Counted from the stretch's first letter, positions 27,156 through 37,715 are shown. The stretch is 64,000 nt of DNA from Sideroxydans sp. (GCA_016124455.1 WGNQ01000014.1:26892-90891), one strand, 5' to 3'. Notes: generated from the letters alone by a model not told the origin. Translations and numbers: made by a program.

Positions 27156-29706
27156 CGGACTTCTCCATTTGCAGCATGAATTCCGTCAATTCGGCGGCAG
27201 GCCTGGGGTGGCTGATGTAATAGCCTTGCGCCTCATCGCAGCCGGCGGCCCGCAGAAAGTCCATTTGCTCGGCAGTCTCCACACCCTCGGCGATCACTTT
27301 CAGGCTCAAGCCGTGCGCCATGGTGATAATGGAACGCACAATGGCGGCATCTTCCGGGTCAGCGTGAATATCGCGTATGAACGACTGGTCGATTTTCAGC
27401 TTGTCGAGCGAAAGTTTCTTCAGGTAGCCCAGGCTTGAATAGCCGGTACCAAAGTCGTCTATGGAGAACGACACGCCCATCTGCCGCGCATCGACGATAA
27501 ATTTCATCGCCGCCGTCGCATCGTGCAGCATGATGCTCTCGGTCAACTCCAGTTCAAGCTGCCAGCCAGCCAGGCCGTCAGCCTGCATCAGCGAGGCAAT
27601 CTGCAAAATCAGGTTGTGGTCGCGCAACTGGCGGATGGACAGGTTCACCGCAAGCGGCACCTCGGCCAACCCCTGCGCGCGCCATGCCCGGGCCTGCGCA
27701 CAGGCCGTCTTCAGCACCCATGCGCCGATCGGCACGATCAGCCCGCTTTCCTCGGCGATCGGGATGAACTCGCCCGGCGATACCATGCCGCGCCGTGGGT
27801 GTTGCCAGCGCAGCAGCGCCTCTATTCCGGTCAGCCGCCCGTCGTACAGGCTGATCTGAGGCTGGAAATGCAGCTGGAATTCATTGCGTTCCAGCGCGAG
27901 GCGCAGATCTTTTTCCATGTCGAAGTGGAACTGCGCACGCTCGTTCATCTGTGCGGTAAAAAACTGGAAGTTGTTCCGCCCCAAGTCCTTGGCATGGTAC
28001 ATCGCCGCATCGGCATTCTTGATCAGTGTATTGACGTCCTCCCCGTCATCCGGGAACAGGCTGATGCCTATGCTGCCCTGGCTCGTCAACATCACGCCGT
28101 CGATGTCGAACGGCGCCGAAACCGATTCGAGTATCTTGCCGGCAACATGTGCGGCGCCATCGACACCCGTTTCGCGCAGCAGGATGATGAACTCGTCCCC
28201 GCCCAGTCGCGCAATGGTATCGGTCTCGCGTACCGCTGCCTGCAGCCGTTCCGCCACGACCTGCAGCAGCTTATCGCCCACCATGTGGCCCATGGAATCG
28301 TTGATGTACTTGAAGCGGTCGAGATCGAGGAACAGCAAGGCGAAGTTATCCCCGTCACGCTGAGCCGAAATCAGCGTCTGCCCGATGCGGTCATGGAACA
28401 AGGTGCGGTTGGGCAAGCCGGTCAGCACGTCGTAATAGGCGAGGAAACGGATGCTCTCCTCTGCCTCCTTACGCTCGGTAATGTCCTGCACCGTGCCCGA
28501 AGCGGAGGCTGCCATGCCGACGTCATTAAATACCACTTCGGCGCGCTCGCGTACCCAGTGGGTGCGTCCGTTCACCACAATGCGGTGCTCGACGTCGTAC
28601 GCCTCCCCCAGCGTCGCCAGCCCCCATGCCGCAAGCACTGCATGGCGGTCATCCTGGTGCACGCAGTCGATAAAGGTCTCCAGCGTTACCGGCGTACCCG
28701 GCGCGATGCCGAAAATGCGATACGTCTCGTCCGACCAGCTCAGCTCATCCGTAGCAATATCTAGATTCCAGCTGCCGATGGCAGCAACCGATTGCGCATG
28801 TTTCAGCTGGGCCTCGCTTACCTCCAGCGAGCGGCTGGTGCGTTCACGGTGATAGTTGTAAACCACCAGGATCAGGCAGGTCACACTGATAGTCAGGTTG
28901 AATATCCACACATGGCGGATCGATGCCTCGCCCACCGGCGCAAACGCCCCCACATCCAGCACCATGCTGATCATGGATGAGAAGAACACCAGGACCGAGC
29001 TCAGCGCAGTGGTGCGCATATTGAAACGCAAAGCCCCCCAGACCATTACCGGCAGCAGGATAAAAGGGCCCACCTGGGTATCAAACAGCCTGCCTGAAAC
29101 GTTGCTGAACACCAGCAGGCACAACAGGAACAGCAAACTGAAATAGGCCGTCTCTTCACGCAGCACGGCCGCCATCCTCGGCATCGGCTTGTGGCGCATC
29201 CAGGCAAGCAATAACGGGGTAAACAGGATGACCCCGAGCATGTCGCCCATCCACCAGTAGATCACTGCAACAGGATATTTATGCCACGGTATGAGTTCGC
29301 CTAAGGCGAGCCAGAACGGGCCGTTCAGCGCACTGAGCAGTGCTGCGCCGGAGGCCACCAGCAGCAGGGAGAAAATATCGCGTACCGAAATCAGCGAGAG
29401 ATTGAATGGAATATGACGACGCAGCAGATACGCACCAACCACCGCTTCCAGCGTACTGCCAATGGAAATTTCCAGCGAATGGAGCAAGCCTACGGCGAGA
29501 TTGCCGAAAATCGAACCGGCAAAGACGCCCGGCCAGAGACGTGTACCGAACACCAGCAAGGCAGTCAGCGCAATACCGGAAGGCGGCCAGAACAATGTCA
29601 CGGAATCGCCCGCTAACGGAAGCAGCAGGCCGAGTCTGGCACCCATAAAGTACAGCAGCGCCAGCCCGCAGGCCAGTGCCAGATTTTTTTGTGTAACGGC
29701 GCTCAT
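27097..29706 (-). CDS. MASE1-PAS-GGDEF-EAL signalling protein (c-di-GMP turnover)
   Basis: 869 aa. Eight-TM MASE1-like N-terminus and a PAS domain. GGDEF domain has an intact RLGGDEF and an RETD I-site five residues upstream. EAL domain has intact EALLRW and DDFGTGYSSL. Confidence 0.88.
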   Translation of the reverse strand: MSAVTQKNLALACGLALLYFMGARLGLLLPLAGDSVTLFWPPSGIALTALLVFGTRLWPGVFAGSIFGNLAVGLLHSLEISIGSTLEAVVGAYLLRRHIPFNLSLISVRDIFSLLLVASGAALLSALNGPFWLALGELIPWHKYPVAVIYWWMGDMLGVILFTPLLLAWMRHKPMPRMAAVLREETAYFSLLFLLCLLVFSNVSGRLFDTQVGPFILLPVMVWGALRFNMRTTALSSVLVFFSSMISMVLDVGAFAPVGEASIRHVWIFNLTISVTCLILVVYNYHRERTSRSLEVSEAQLKHAQSVAAIGSWNLDIATDELSWSDETYRIFGIAPGTPVTLETFIDCVHQDDRHAVLAAWGLATLGEAYDVEHRIVVNGRTHWVRERAEVVFNDVGMAASASGTVQDITERKEAEESIRFLAYYDVLTGLPNRTLFHDRIGQTLISAQRDGDNFALLFLDLDRFKYINDSMGHMVGDKLLQVVAERLQAAVRETDTIARLGGDEFIILLRETGVDGAAHVAGKILESVSAPFDIDGVMLTSQGSIGISLFPDDGEDVNTLIKNADAAMYHAKDLGRNNFQFFTAQMNERAQFHFDMEKDLRLALERNEFQLHFQPQISLYDGRLTGIEALLRWQHPRRGMVSPGEFIPIAEESGLIVPIGAWVLKTACAQARAWRAQGLAEVPLAVNLSIRQLRDHNLILQIASLMQADGLAGWQLELELTESIMLHDATAAMKFIVDARQMGVSFSIDDFGTGYSSLGYLKKLSLDKLKIDQSFIRDIHADPEDAAIVRSIITMAHGLSLKVIAEGVETAEQMDFLRAAGCDEAQGYYISHPRPAAELTEFMLQMEKSAIQPADTSSAGAGHESVPA

Positions 29707-29781
29707 ACTCTCCTAATCTGCCTCAACCAATAACTATCCGGCTGGGGTCAGCAATTTTCGGGAGATATTAGAACAAACTAA

Positions 29782-31176
29782 TTAATGCTGCAAAGCCTTA
29801 ATCACATCTTCGACAACTTTTTTCGCATCGCCGAATATCATCATGGTTTTATCCATGTAGAACAGGTCGTTATCCAGTCCCGCATAACCGGTCGCCATCG
29901 AACGCTTGACCACCAGCACGGTGCGCGCCTTGTGTGCTTCGAGGATGGGCATACCGTAGATCGGGCTGTTCGGGTCGCTTTTTGCCGCCGGATTGACTAC
30001 GTCGTTGGCGCCGATCACCAGCACCACGTCGGTATCGGCGAATTCGTTGTTGATCTCATCCATTTCCACCACCTGGTCGTAAGGCACTTCCGCCTCGGCC
30101 AGCAGTACGTTCATGTGCCCCGGCATGCGTCCCGCCACCGGGTGGATCGCGTAGCGCACCTTGATGCCCTTGTCGGTCAGCATCTTGGACATTTCATTGA
30201 TGGCATGCTGCGCACGCGCCACCGCCAGACCGTAACCCGGGACGATGATCACCGAGTCCGCGTTGCCCATCAGGAATGCCGCATCGTCGGCACTGCCACT
30301 GCGGTAGGTCTTCTGCACGCCGTCATCACTGGCCGCTGCTGCGCCCTCGCCACCGCCGAAGCCGCCGAGAATCACGTTGAGGAAGGCACGGTTCATCGCC
30401 TTGCACATGATGTAAGACAGGATCGCGCCCGAACTGCCGACCAGCGAACCCGCGATGATCAGCATGTTGTTGTTCAGCGTAAAACCGATACCTGCCGCCG
30501 CCCAGCCGGAATAGGAATTCAGCATCGACACCACCACCGGCATATCGGCGCCGCCGATCGGCACGATCAGCAGCACGCCGAGCAGCAACGCGATCGCGGT
30601 CATGATCAGGAACGGCGTCCAGCTCGGGTGCAGGAAGAAAGCGATGCCGAAACCGACCATCGCGATACCCAGGCCCAGGTTCACCCAGTGCTGCCCGGGG
30701 AAACGCAGCGGCCTGCCGGACAATTTGCCGGACAGTTTGCCGAAGGCGATGATTGAACCGGTAAAGGTGATCGCGCCGACAAAGGTGCCGATGAACAATT
30801 CGATACGGTTGGAGGCATGCAGCAGTTCGCCTGGCAGGGCGATGCCATAAGCCACCGGATTATTGAATGCCGACATCGCGATCAGCACCGCGGCCAGGCC
30901 AACCAGCGAGTGCATTGCCGCCACCAGTTCCGGCATCTGCGTCATCTGAATACGTCTGGCGACCAGCGCGCCGATGCTGCCGCCGGCTGCGATGGCAATC
31001 AGGATGTAGACCACATTGTGGGTCAGCGTCAGCGTGGTCAGCACGGCAATCGCCATGCCCACCATGCCGAACATATTGCCGCGCCGCGCGGTTAGCGGGG
31101 AACTCAGTCCCTTCAGGGTCAGGATAAACAGGATGGCTGCGACCAGATAGGCGAGCGCTACGGAATTCGCCGACAT
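29782..31176 (-). CDS. pntB: NAD(P) transhydrogenase subunit beta
   Basis: 464 aa. Polytopic N-terminal half and a C-terminal NADP(H)-binding dIII domain (VIIVPGYGLAVARAQH, AIHPVAGRMPGHMNVLLAEA). Confidence 0.93.
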   Translation of the reverse strand: MSANSVALAYLVAAILFILTLKGLSSPLTARRGNMFGMVGMAIAVLTTLTLTHNVVYILIAIAAGGSIGALVARRIQMTQMPELVAAMHSLVGLAAVLIAMSAFNNPVAYGIALPGELLHASNRIELFIGTFVGAITFTGSIIAFGKLSGKLSGRPLRFPGQHWVNLGLGIAMVGFGIAFFLHPSWTPFLIMTAIALLLGVLLIVPIGGADMPVVVSMLNSYSGWAAAGIGFTLNNNMLIIAGSLVGSSGAILSYIMCKAMNRAFLNVILGGFGGGEGAAAASDDGVQKTYRSGSADDAAFLMGNADSVIIVPGYGLAVARAQHAINEMSKMLTDKGIKVRYAIHPVAGRMPGHMNVLLAEAEVPYDQVVEMDEINNEFADTDVVLVIGANDVVNPAAKSDPNSPIYGMPILEAHKARTVLVVKRSMATGYAGLDNDLFYMDKTMMIFGDAKKVVEDVIKALQH

Positions 31177-31470
31177 TTATTTACCCTTCTTCTTGAACAT
31201 TTCCAGCATGCGCTGGGTCACCATGAAACCGCCGAATACATTGACTGCCGCCAGCGCCACTGCCACCAGGCCGAGCACCGTACCGACATCCAGCTGTTTC
31301 GGTCCGGCCGCCAGCATCGCACCGACGATGATGATGCCGGATACCGCGTTGGTCACCGCCATCAGCGGCGTATGCAGCGCGGGCGTAACGTTCCACACCA
31401 CGTGGTAGCCGACGAAAATGGCCAGCACGAATACCGTCAGGTTTAGGATAAAAGGATCTACACCACTCAT
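31177..31470 (-). CDS. pntA: NAD(P) transhydrogenase subunit alpha part 2 (membrane dII fragment)
   Basis: 97 aa from the ATG at 31470 ([26 protein letters not shown]...) with three TM helices. It directly abuts the pntB start. The 138-aa ORF-track version is over-extended. Confidence 0.85.
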   Translation of the reverse strand: MSGVDPFILNLTVFVLAIFVGYHVVWNVTPALHTPLMAVTNAVSGIIIVGAMLAAGPKQLDVGTVLGLVAVALAAVNVFGGFMVTQRMLEMFKKKGK

Positions 31471-31484
31471 CTCGATTCTCCGGA

Positions 31485-32618
31485 TTATTTTGCCGCTGGC
31501 GTAACGACTTCGCCGCCGATGCACAGCAGGGTGCCGGCGATGATGTCGTCTTCGCGGTTGATATTCATCGCACCACCCGCCTTCGGGTCGCACAGCAGGT
31601 TGAGGAAATTGAGCAGGTTGCGCGCATACAGCGCCGAGGCATCTGCCGCCACAGTACCGGCCAGGTTGGGCTCCCCCACCAGGGTTACGCCGTGCTTCTC
31701 CACCACTTTGTTGAGTTCGGTCAACGGGCAGTTACCGCCCGCCTCCACCGCGAGGTCGACGATCACCGAACCCGGCTTCATCGACTGCACCATCTCTTCG
31801 GTCACCAGCACTGGCGCGGCACGACCCGGAATCAGCGCGGTAGTGATCACGATATCGGCTGCCGCCACGCGCTTGGCCACTTCAGCCTTCTGCCGGTCCA
31901 GCCAGCTCTGCGGCATCGGCTTGGCGTAACCGCCCACGCCCTGCGCCGCTTCGCGTTCCTCGTCGGTTTCGTAGGGCACGTCGATGAACTTCCCGCCCAG
32001 CGATTCCACCTGTTCCTTTACTGCAGGACGCACATCCGAGGCTTCAATCACCGCGCCCAAACGCTTGGCGGTAGCGATTGCCTGCAGGCCGGCAACGCCG
32101 ACGCCCAGGACCACGACGCGCGCGGCCTTCACCGTGCCGGCAGCCGTCATCAGCATCGGCATGAAGCGCTTGTACAGGTTGGCGGCAACGATTACCGCCT
32201 TGTAACCGGCAATATTCGCCTGCGACGACAGCACATCCATCGCCTGTGCACGCGAGGTGCGCGGCAGTTTTTCCATCGGGAATGCGGTAATACCCTGCTT
32301 GGCATAGGCTGCAACCAGTTCGGCATTGTGCGGCATCAGCAGGCCGATCAGCACCGTACCAGTTTTCATTTGCGCCAGTTCGTCCGGCGACGGCGCCCTG
32401 ACCTTGAGTACGATCTCGGCCTGTACATACAAGTCTGCCGCACTGATTAAGGTCGCGCCCGCTGCCTGGTATTCCGCATCCGGAATGCTCGCACCGGCAC
32501 CCGCGCCCTGCTGCACCAGCACCTGATGGCCGACCGCCAGCATTTTTTTCACCGATTCGGGCGTCGCCGCAACCCGGGTCTCACCTGCGAGCGTTTCCGC
32601 AGGAATGCCTATACGCAT
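31485..32618 (-). CDS. pntA: NAD(P) transhydrogenase subunit alpha part 1 (soluble dI, NAD(H)-binding)
   Basis: [26 protein letters not shown]-terminus and Rossmann motif [22 protein letters not shown]. The start at 32618 is preceded by GAGGGGGAAG. Confidence 0.92.
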   Translation of the reverse strand: MRIGIPAETLAGETRVAATPESVKKMLAVGHQVLVQQGAGAGASIPDAEYQAAGATLISAADLYVQAEIVLKVRAPSPDELAQMKTGTVLIGLLMPHNAELVAAYAKQGITAFPMEKLPRTSRAQAMDVLSSQANIAGYKAVIVAANLYKRFMPMLMTAAGTVKAARVVVLGVGVAGLQAIATAKRLGAVIEASDVRPAVKEQVESLGGKFIDVPYETDEEREAAQGVGGYAKPMPQSWLDRQKAEVAKRVAAADIVITTALIPGRAAPVLVTEEMVQSMKPGSVIVDLAVEAGGNCPLTELNKVVEKHGVTLVGEPNLAGTVAADASALYARNLLNFLNLLCDPKAGGAMNINREDDIIAGTLLCIGGEVVTPAAK

Positions 32619-32649
32619 GGAACTTCCCCCTCTGCCAAACATCTTGTGC

Positions 32650-32674
32650 AAAAACGCCCGGCGGAACCGGGCGC
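32650..32674 (-). terminator. Intrinsic-terminator-like hairpin inside the pntAA 5-prime leader
   Basis: The minus strand reads G-CGCCCGG-TTCCG-CCGGGCG-TTTTT. It ends 31 nt upstream of the pntAA ATG and lies downstream of a TATAAT (minus strand, 32691-32696). There is no upstream co-oriented gene for it to terminate. Confidence 0.4.
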
Positions 32675-32810
32675 AATCAATTCGGCGGCAATTATATACG
32701 AGCTTTGAGTGAAGCTCTAGAAACCCTTGGCGCACTACCGGCATATCCCTCTGCGCCGGCAGCGGTGAACACGTTATAATCTGCGGCACTCAAATAGTTT
32801 GCGCCGCACC

Positions 32811-34583
32811 ATGTCCCCCATCTGCCTGTTGCCTGACCTGCTGATCAATCAAATTGCCGCCGGCGAAGTCATCGAACGTCCGGCCTCGGCGCTCAAGGAG
32901 CTGCTGGAAAACAGCCTCGACGCGGGTGCGACCGAGATCGCGGTGCAACTCGAAGGTGGCGGCATCAAGCTGCTGCGGGTACGCGACAACGGCGGCGGCA
33001 TCGCGCCGGAACAACTGCCGTTCGCCCTGCTGCGCCACGCCACCAGCAAGATCGCCTCGCTCGACGACCTGCAGCGCGTAGCCAGCATGGGCTTTCGCGG
33101 CGAAGCACTGGCCAGCATGGCAGCGGTGGCGCAGGTCACGCTCACCAGCCGCAATGCGGAAGCGGCCCATGCCTGGCAGATACAGGCAGTGGACGGCACG
33201 CAAAGCGAAACCACGCCGGCCGCCCACGCGCACGGCACCAGCGTGGAAATGCGCGAGCTGTATTTCAATACCCCGGCACGGCGCAAGTTCCTCAAATCCG
33301 AATCCACCGAGTTCGCCTATTGCGCGGAAGCCTTCAAGCGCATCGTGCTGTCGCGTCCCGATGTCGCCTTCAGCCTGCAGCACAATAACCGCATGATGTG
33401 GCAGCTGCCCGCCCAGTCACTGGCGCAACGCATCGTCGCGCTGCTCGGCGACGAATTCGCGCAGGGCGCAGTCACCGTCGATCGACAGGCTGCCGGATTG
33501 CACCTGTATGGCCTGGCCTCGCAACCTGCCTATTCGCGTGCCACGCGCGATGCCCAGCATTTTTTCCTGAATGGCCGCTTCATCCGCGACAAGGTGGTTG
33601 CCCATGCCATCCGCCAGGCCTACCAGGACATCCTGCACAACCAGCGCCATCCCGCTTTCGTGCTGTTCCTCGACCTGCCGCCGGAACTGGTGGACGTGAA
33701 CGTGCATCCGGCCAAAAGCGAAGTGCGTTTCCGCGAAAGCCAGGCCGTGCACCAGTTCGTGTTCCACACCCTGCAGCAGGCATTGAGCGCGCCGGTAACG
33801 GCGCATGAAGAAGTTGCGCATACGCCACCACCACAACACGCCCAATCCAATCCGGTGCAACAGGCGATGCCGCTGCATACCGCGGCCGAACCGCTGGCTT
33901 TTTACGATACTCTGTTCGGCACCGCAGCCAGAAATCAAGAACGCGTATCCATAACAGATTATTCAGGTGCGCCTGCTTTACCGGAAAGCGATGTTGGCAT
34001 CCCGCCGCTCGGCTTTGCGCTGGCGCAGCTCTCCGGCATCTACATCCTCGCCCAGAATCAGCGCGGCTTGGTGGTGGTGGACATGCATGCCGCGCATGAG
34101 CGCATCGTGTACGAAAAACTCAAGAATGCACTCGACCAGCAGCAAATACCGACGCAACAACTGCTGATCCCGGCGAGCTTTGCCGCCGATGCGCTGGACA
34201 TCGCCACGGTGGAAGAAGACCAGGCGGCACTGGCACAACTCGGCTTCGACCTCGCACCAATCTCGCCCACTACGCTGGCCGTGCGCGCAATGCCCGCCAT
34301 GTTGAAACAGGCCCACGCCGAAGCCGCCGCACGCGATGTGCTGCACGAACTGCGCGAATACGGCGCTTCGCGTGCGCTGACCGAACGGCGCAACGAATTG
34401 CTCGCCACCCTCGCCTGCCATTCCGCGGTACGCGCCAATCAGCAACTCACACTGGAAGAAATGAACCACATCCTGCGCGAGATGGAACGCACCGAACGCT
34501 CCGGCCAATGCAACCACGGCCGCCCGACCTGGTTCCAGATCAGCATTGCGGAACTCGATGCGATGTTTATGCGCGGGCAATAG
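32811..34583 (+). CDS. mutL: DNA mismatch repair endonuclease MutL
   Basis: LPDLLINQIAAGEVIERPASALKELLENSLDAG (GHKL ATPase N-terminus) and C-terminal dimerisation/endonuclease-type domain motifs (ACHSAVRAN, QCNHGRPTW). A TATAAT lies at 32775-32780 upstream. Confidence 0.92.
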   Translation: MSPICLLPDLLINQIAAGEVIERPASALKELLENSLDAGATEIAVQLEGGGIKLLRVRDNGGGIAPEQLPFALLRHATSKIASLDDLQRVASMGFRGEALASMAAVAQVTLTSRNAEAAHAWQIQAVDGTQSETTPAAHAHGTSVEMRELYFNTPARRKFLKSESTEFAYCAEAFKRIVLSRPDVAFSLQHNNRMMWQLPAQSLAQRIVALLGDEFAQGAVTVDRQAAGLHLYGLASQPAYSRATRDAQHFFLNGRFIRDKVVAHAIRQAYQDILHNQRHPAFVLFLDLPPELVDVNVHPAKSEVRFRESQAVHQFVFHTLQQALSAPVTAHEEVAHTPPPQHAQSNPVQQAMPLHTAAEPLAFYDTLFGTAARNQERVSITDYSGAPALPESDVGIPPLGFALAQLSGIYILAQNQRGLVVVDMHAAHERIVYEKLKNALDQQQIPTQQLLIPASFAADALDIATVEEDQAALAQLGFDLAPISPTTLAVRAMPAMLKQAHAEAAARDVLHELREYGASRALTERRNELLATLACHSAVRANQQLTLEEMNHILREMERTERSGQCNHGRPTWFQISIAELDAMFMRGQ

Positions 34584-34613
34584 AGGCAGCGGCAATAAAT
34601 AACGGAGGCCTTA

Positions 34614-35186
34614 ATGCCAGTTGCTGAATCCTTCGCAACGATAGTTGCACTCATTGGGCAGTTTAGATCTGAAAGAAGTGTCACTGACCAAGCCGATTTT
34701 AATGCCTTTACAGAATGGCTAATTTCAACAAATCACGAAGAAATAAAAGATTTGTTGATGCTAAACACCAAGGCAACTATTGGAATCAAAAGCATTCTCA
34801 ATCAAGACAGAGCCGTGCTACTTGGTAGCTTGCAAAAAATCGATATTGCTCTTGCCTCTTTTGCAAGCAGCGTAGAAGGATTTAATCAGCTTGCAGAAGC
34901 AATAACTCCCAATGGAATACTCTCCGAGCAAGCCATCTCAATACTGAAGCAATTTGAGCAATCTGGCGCTTCAAAGGCCCTCACTATTCAGACGATGGCT
35001 GGCAATTTATATCAGTTTCTTGACGGAGATGGACGTTCAATTGAAATTGATGAGGACAGGTTTGTTGAAGATGATTTTCAAACATTAGTGAATCTTGGAC
35101 TTCTCCGGCAAGACTTTAATGACTCTGGTAGTCCGATATACAAATACACAAGGCAAGCAGCTAAATTGATTTCGGATAAACATTGA
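34614..35186 (+). CDS. Hypothetical protein, low-GC orphan (190 aa)
   Basis: Uninterrupted 573-nt ORF. GGAGG Shine-Dalgarno at 34604-34608, 5 nt before the ATG. About 40% GC against about 60% in the flanks. The stop overlaps the next gene start (TTGA). I recognise no family. The N-terminal half looks helical and the C-terminal ~80 aa is vaguely winged-helix-like (LVNLGLLRQDFNDSGSPIYKYTRQAAKLI). Confidence 0.65.
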   Translation: MPVAESFATIVALIGQFRSERSVTDQADFNAFTEWLISTNHEEIKDLLMLNTKATIGIKSILNQDRAVLLGSLQKIDIALASFASSVEGFNQLAEAITPNGILSEQAISILKQFEQSGASKALTIQTMAGNLYQFLDGDGRSIEIDEDRFVEDDFQTLVNLGLLRQDFNDSGSPIYKYTRQAAKLISDKH

Positions 35187-36460
35187 ATATTTTTTCATCA
35201 CAACCCACTACTCGCATAGCCTTCGCCTCCTTCATCGGCACCGCCATCGAGTTCTACGATTTCTATATCTACGGCCTCGCCGTAGCGATGGTGATCGGTC
35301 CGCTGTTCTTCCCGCACGACGATCCGGCAGTGCAGAAGCTCAACGCCTTCCTGACTTTCGGCATCGCCTTCCTCGCGCGTCCGCTCGGCTCCCTGCTGTT
35401 CGGCCATTTCGGCGACCGCATCGGGCGCAAGACCACGCTGGTCGCATCATTGCTGGTGATGGGTATTTCCACCACGCTGGTCGGCGTGCTGCCGGGTTAC
35501 GAGCTGGCGGGGTGGGCTGCCCCCGCGCTGCTTTGCCTGCTGCGTTTCGGCCAGGGGATCGGCCTTGGCGGGGAATGGGGGGGCGCCGCGTTGCTGGCTG
35601 CGGAATATGCGCCTCAAGGCAAACGCGGCTGGTTCGGCATGTTCCCGCAACTTGGGCCACCGGTCGGCTTCCTGCTCGCGGTCGGCAGCTTTCTGCTGCT
35701 TTCGCAATTTCTCGATGACGCACAATTCCGCGCCTGGGGCTGGCGTGTTCCTTTCCTGGCCAGCGCAGTGCTGGTGATGCTCGGCCTCTACATACGGCTC
35801 AAGCTCACGGAAACCCCGGTCTTCGCCCGGGCACTGGCGACACAGCCGCCGGTGAAACTGCCGCTGGCCCAACTGCTATCCCGGCATTTCGTCCCGCTGT
35901 TGCTGGGCGCGCTGTCCATCGTCGTGTGCTACGCGCTGTTCTATATCTCCACGGTATTTGCGCTGAGTTACGGCGTCGGCACATTGCACATCCCGCGTCC
36001 GCAGTTCCTGCTCATGCTGTGCGTGGCCGTGCTGTTCATGGCGGCAGCCACGCCGCTGGCCGCAATTGCAGGCGACCGTTATGGCCGCCGTCCAGTGTTG
36101 CTGGTTGCGGGCAGTGCAGCATTGTTGTCCGGCTTCCTGCTCGCACCGATGCTGGGCAGCGGCTCACCGCTGCAGATCACGGTTTTCCTTTCACTCGAGT
36201 TATTCCTGATGGGCGCCACCTACGCACCAATGGGCGCGCTGCTACCGGAGCTGTTCCCGACCCGCGTGCGCTACACCGGCGCGGGGGCCGCCTACAACCT
36301 CGGCGGCATCCTTGGCGCATCACTCGCACCTTACCTGGCGCAACAACTGGTGCTGCACGGCGGCCTTGCCTGGGTGGGCGGCTATATTTCGGTCGCCGCC
36401 GCGATCAGCCTGCTGGCCGTATTGCTGATGCGTGAAACGCGTGACGAGGCGCTGGCATGA
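35183..36460 (+). CDS. MFS transporter, metabolite:H+ symporter (MHS) family
   Basis: 425 aa, 12 TM. N-terminal [17 protein letters not shown] and loop motif [10 protein letters not shown] are typical of the MHS family (ProP/KgtP/ShiA-like). The first available start is the TTG at 35183, because an in-frame TAA lies at 35177-35179. Confidence 0.85.
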   Translation: MNIFSSQPTTRIAFASFIGTAIEFYDFYIYGLAVAMVIGPLFFPHDDPAVQKLNAFLTFGIAFLARPLGSLLFGHFGDRIGRKTTLVASLLVMGISTTLVGVLPGYELAGWAAPALLCLLRFGQGIGLGGEWGGAALLAAEYAPQGKRGWFGMFPQLGPPVGFLLAVGSFLLLSQFLDDAQFRAWGWRVPFLASAVLVMLGLYIRLKLTETPVFARALATQPPVKLPLAQLLSRHFVPLLLGALSIVVCYALFYISTVFALSYGVGTLHIPRPQFLLMLCVAVLFMAAATPLAAIAGDRYGRRPVLLVAGSAALLSGFLLAPMLGSGSPLQITVFLSLELFLMGATYAPMGALLPELFPTRVRYTGAGAAYNLGGILGASLAPYLAQQLVLHGGLAWVGGYISVAAAISLLAVLLMRETRDEALA

Positions 36461-37392
36461 ACACCCTGCCACCCGCCATATTCCTGATGGGGCCTACCGC
36501 CAGCGGCAAAACTGCCGCCGCCGTGGAGCTGGCCCAGCAACTTCCGGTGGAAATCATCAGCGTGGATTCGGCACTGGTATATCGAGACATGAACATCGGC
36601 ACCGCCAAGCCGGATGCGGCAACGCTGGCGCGCGCGCCCCATCATCTGATCGACATCATCGACCCGACCGAAGCATATTCCGCCGCCGCGTTCCGCCGCG
36701 ATGCGCTGCGGCTGATGCACGATATTACGGCACGCGGAAAGATCCCGTTGCTGGCTGGCGGCACCATGCTCTATTTCAAGGCGCTGCGCGAAGGACTGAG
36801 CGACCTGCCGCAATCCAATCCCGGAATACGTGCCGTACTCGACGCCGAGATTGCGCAGCATGGCATCGAATGGCTGCATGCCGAACTCGCCAAAGTGGAT
36901 ACGGAAACCGCCGCGCGGCTGCATGCAACCGATACGCAACGCATTCAGCGTGCGATGGAAATCTACCGCATCAGCGGACAAACCATGTCGGCACTCATTG
37001 CAGAACAGCAAAGCGAACAACTGCCTTACCGCATCCTGCCCATCGCGCTGGTGCCGAGCGATCGCGCACAACTGCATGCGCGCATCGCCGTACGCTTCCA
37101 GACGATGCTGAAACACGGATTGCTTGACGAACTGCGCGCACTACAAGCCCAATATCCGTTGCATCGCGATATGACTTCAATGCGTTGCGTCGGCTATCGC
37201 CAGGCCTGGGAATGTCTCGCCGGCGAAATCAACGAGGCCGAATTGCTGGATAAAGGCATCGCCGCGACGCGACAACTTGCGAAACGCCAGCTCACCTGGC
37301 TGCGCGCCATGCCGGACATCATCGAGCTGGATTGCCTAGCGCATAATCTGCCACAGCAAGTAATCGAGTCTTCCAACAGGATACTGGATTAA
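36457..37392 (+). CDS. miaA: tRNA dimethylallyltransferase
   Basis: P-loop [17 protein letters not shown], then [18 protein letters not shown] and [13 protein letters not shown] overlap with the MFS stop. Confidence 0.92.
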   Translation: MNTLPPAIFLMGPTASGKTAAAVELAQQLPVEIISVDSALVYRDMNIGTAKPDAATLARAPHHLIDIIDPTEAYSAAAFRRDALRLMHDITARGKIPLLAGGTMLYFKALREGLSDLPQSNPGIRAVLDAEIAQHGIEWLHAELAKVDTETAARLHATDTQRIQRAMEIYRISGQTMSALIAEQQSEQLPYRILPIALVPSDRAQLHARIAVRFQTMLKHGLLDELRALQAQYPLHRDMTSMRCVGYRQAWECLAGEINEAELLDKGIAATRQLAKRQLTWLRAMPDIIELDCLAHNLPQQVIESSNRILD

Positions 37393-37557
37393 CGCTATTT
37401 CCTTACATTCTTTCATAACCCTATATTCTTAAATGTTTTATGGTTTTATCCTACTGTTTTAGTTGGAAAAGTCATGGTAAAGTTTGCGCAGCTTGGATAT
37501 GAAGTCACCACAAGCTAAGACTTGCTATCAAAAAACAATTTTTAGAGGAGATCGGTA

Positions 37558-37665
37558 ATGACTGAGTTGCTTATTTTTCTGAGCATGCCCTTGATTGCAG
37601 CGGCAATGGTTTTGCTGGAAGACCGCAGAGTACAAAGCGAAAGAAAAGCAGAGTCGAACGCTTAA
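37558..37665 (+). CDS. Putative 35-aa single-TM mini-protein (MTELLIFLSMPLIAAAMVLLEDRRVQSERKAESNA)
   Basis: AGAGGAG Shine-Dalgarno 7 nt upstream of the ATG, a hydrophobic helix followed by a basic tail, and a hairpin terminator 17 nt after the TAA. It is below the size cut-off of the ORF track, and it could still be a chance ORF. Confidence 0.4.
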   Translation: MTELLIFLSMPLIAAAMVLLEDRRVQSERKAESNA

Positions 37666-37682
37666 GAACTCCGCTCAAAGGT

Positions 37683-37715
37683 CAGGGGCGTTTTTTCTGC
37701 CCCTGTCTTCTCCCT
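37683..37715 (+). terminator. Hairpin terminator after the mini-ORF
   Basis: CAGGGGC-GTTTTTTCT-GCCCCTG followed by the pyrimidine/T-rich tract TCTTCTCCCTCTT. Confidence 0.45.

Noticed and set aside
37393-37557. hfq or hflX expected downstream of miaA, plus tiny ORFs at 37434-37463 (9 codons) and 37474-37518 (14 codons).
   Set aside because: No Sm-fold or Hfq-like sequence exists in any frame. The tiny ORFs are too short and have weak ribosome-binding sites. Only the 35-codon ORF at 37558 has supporting signals.
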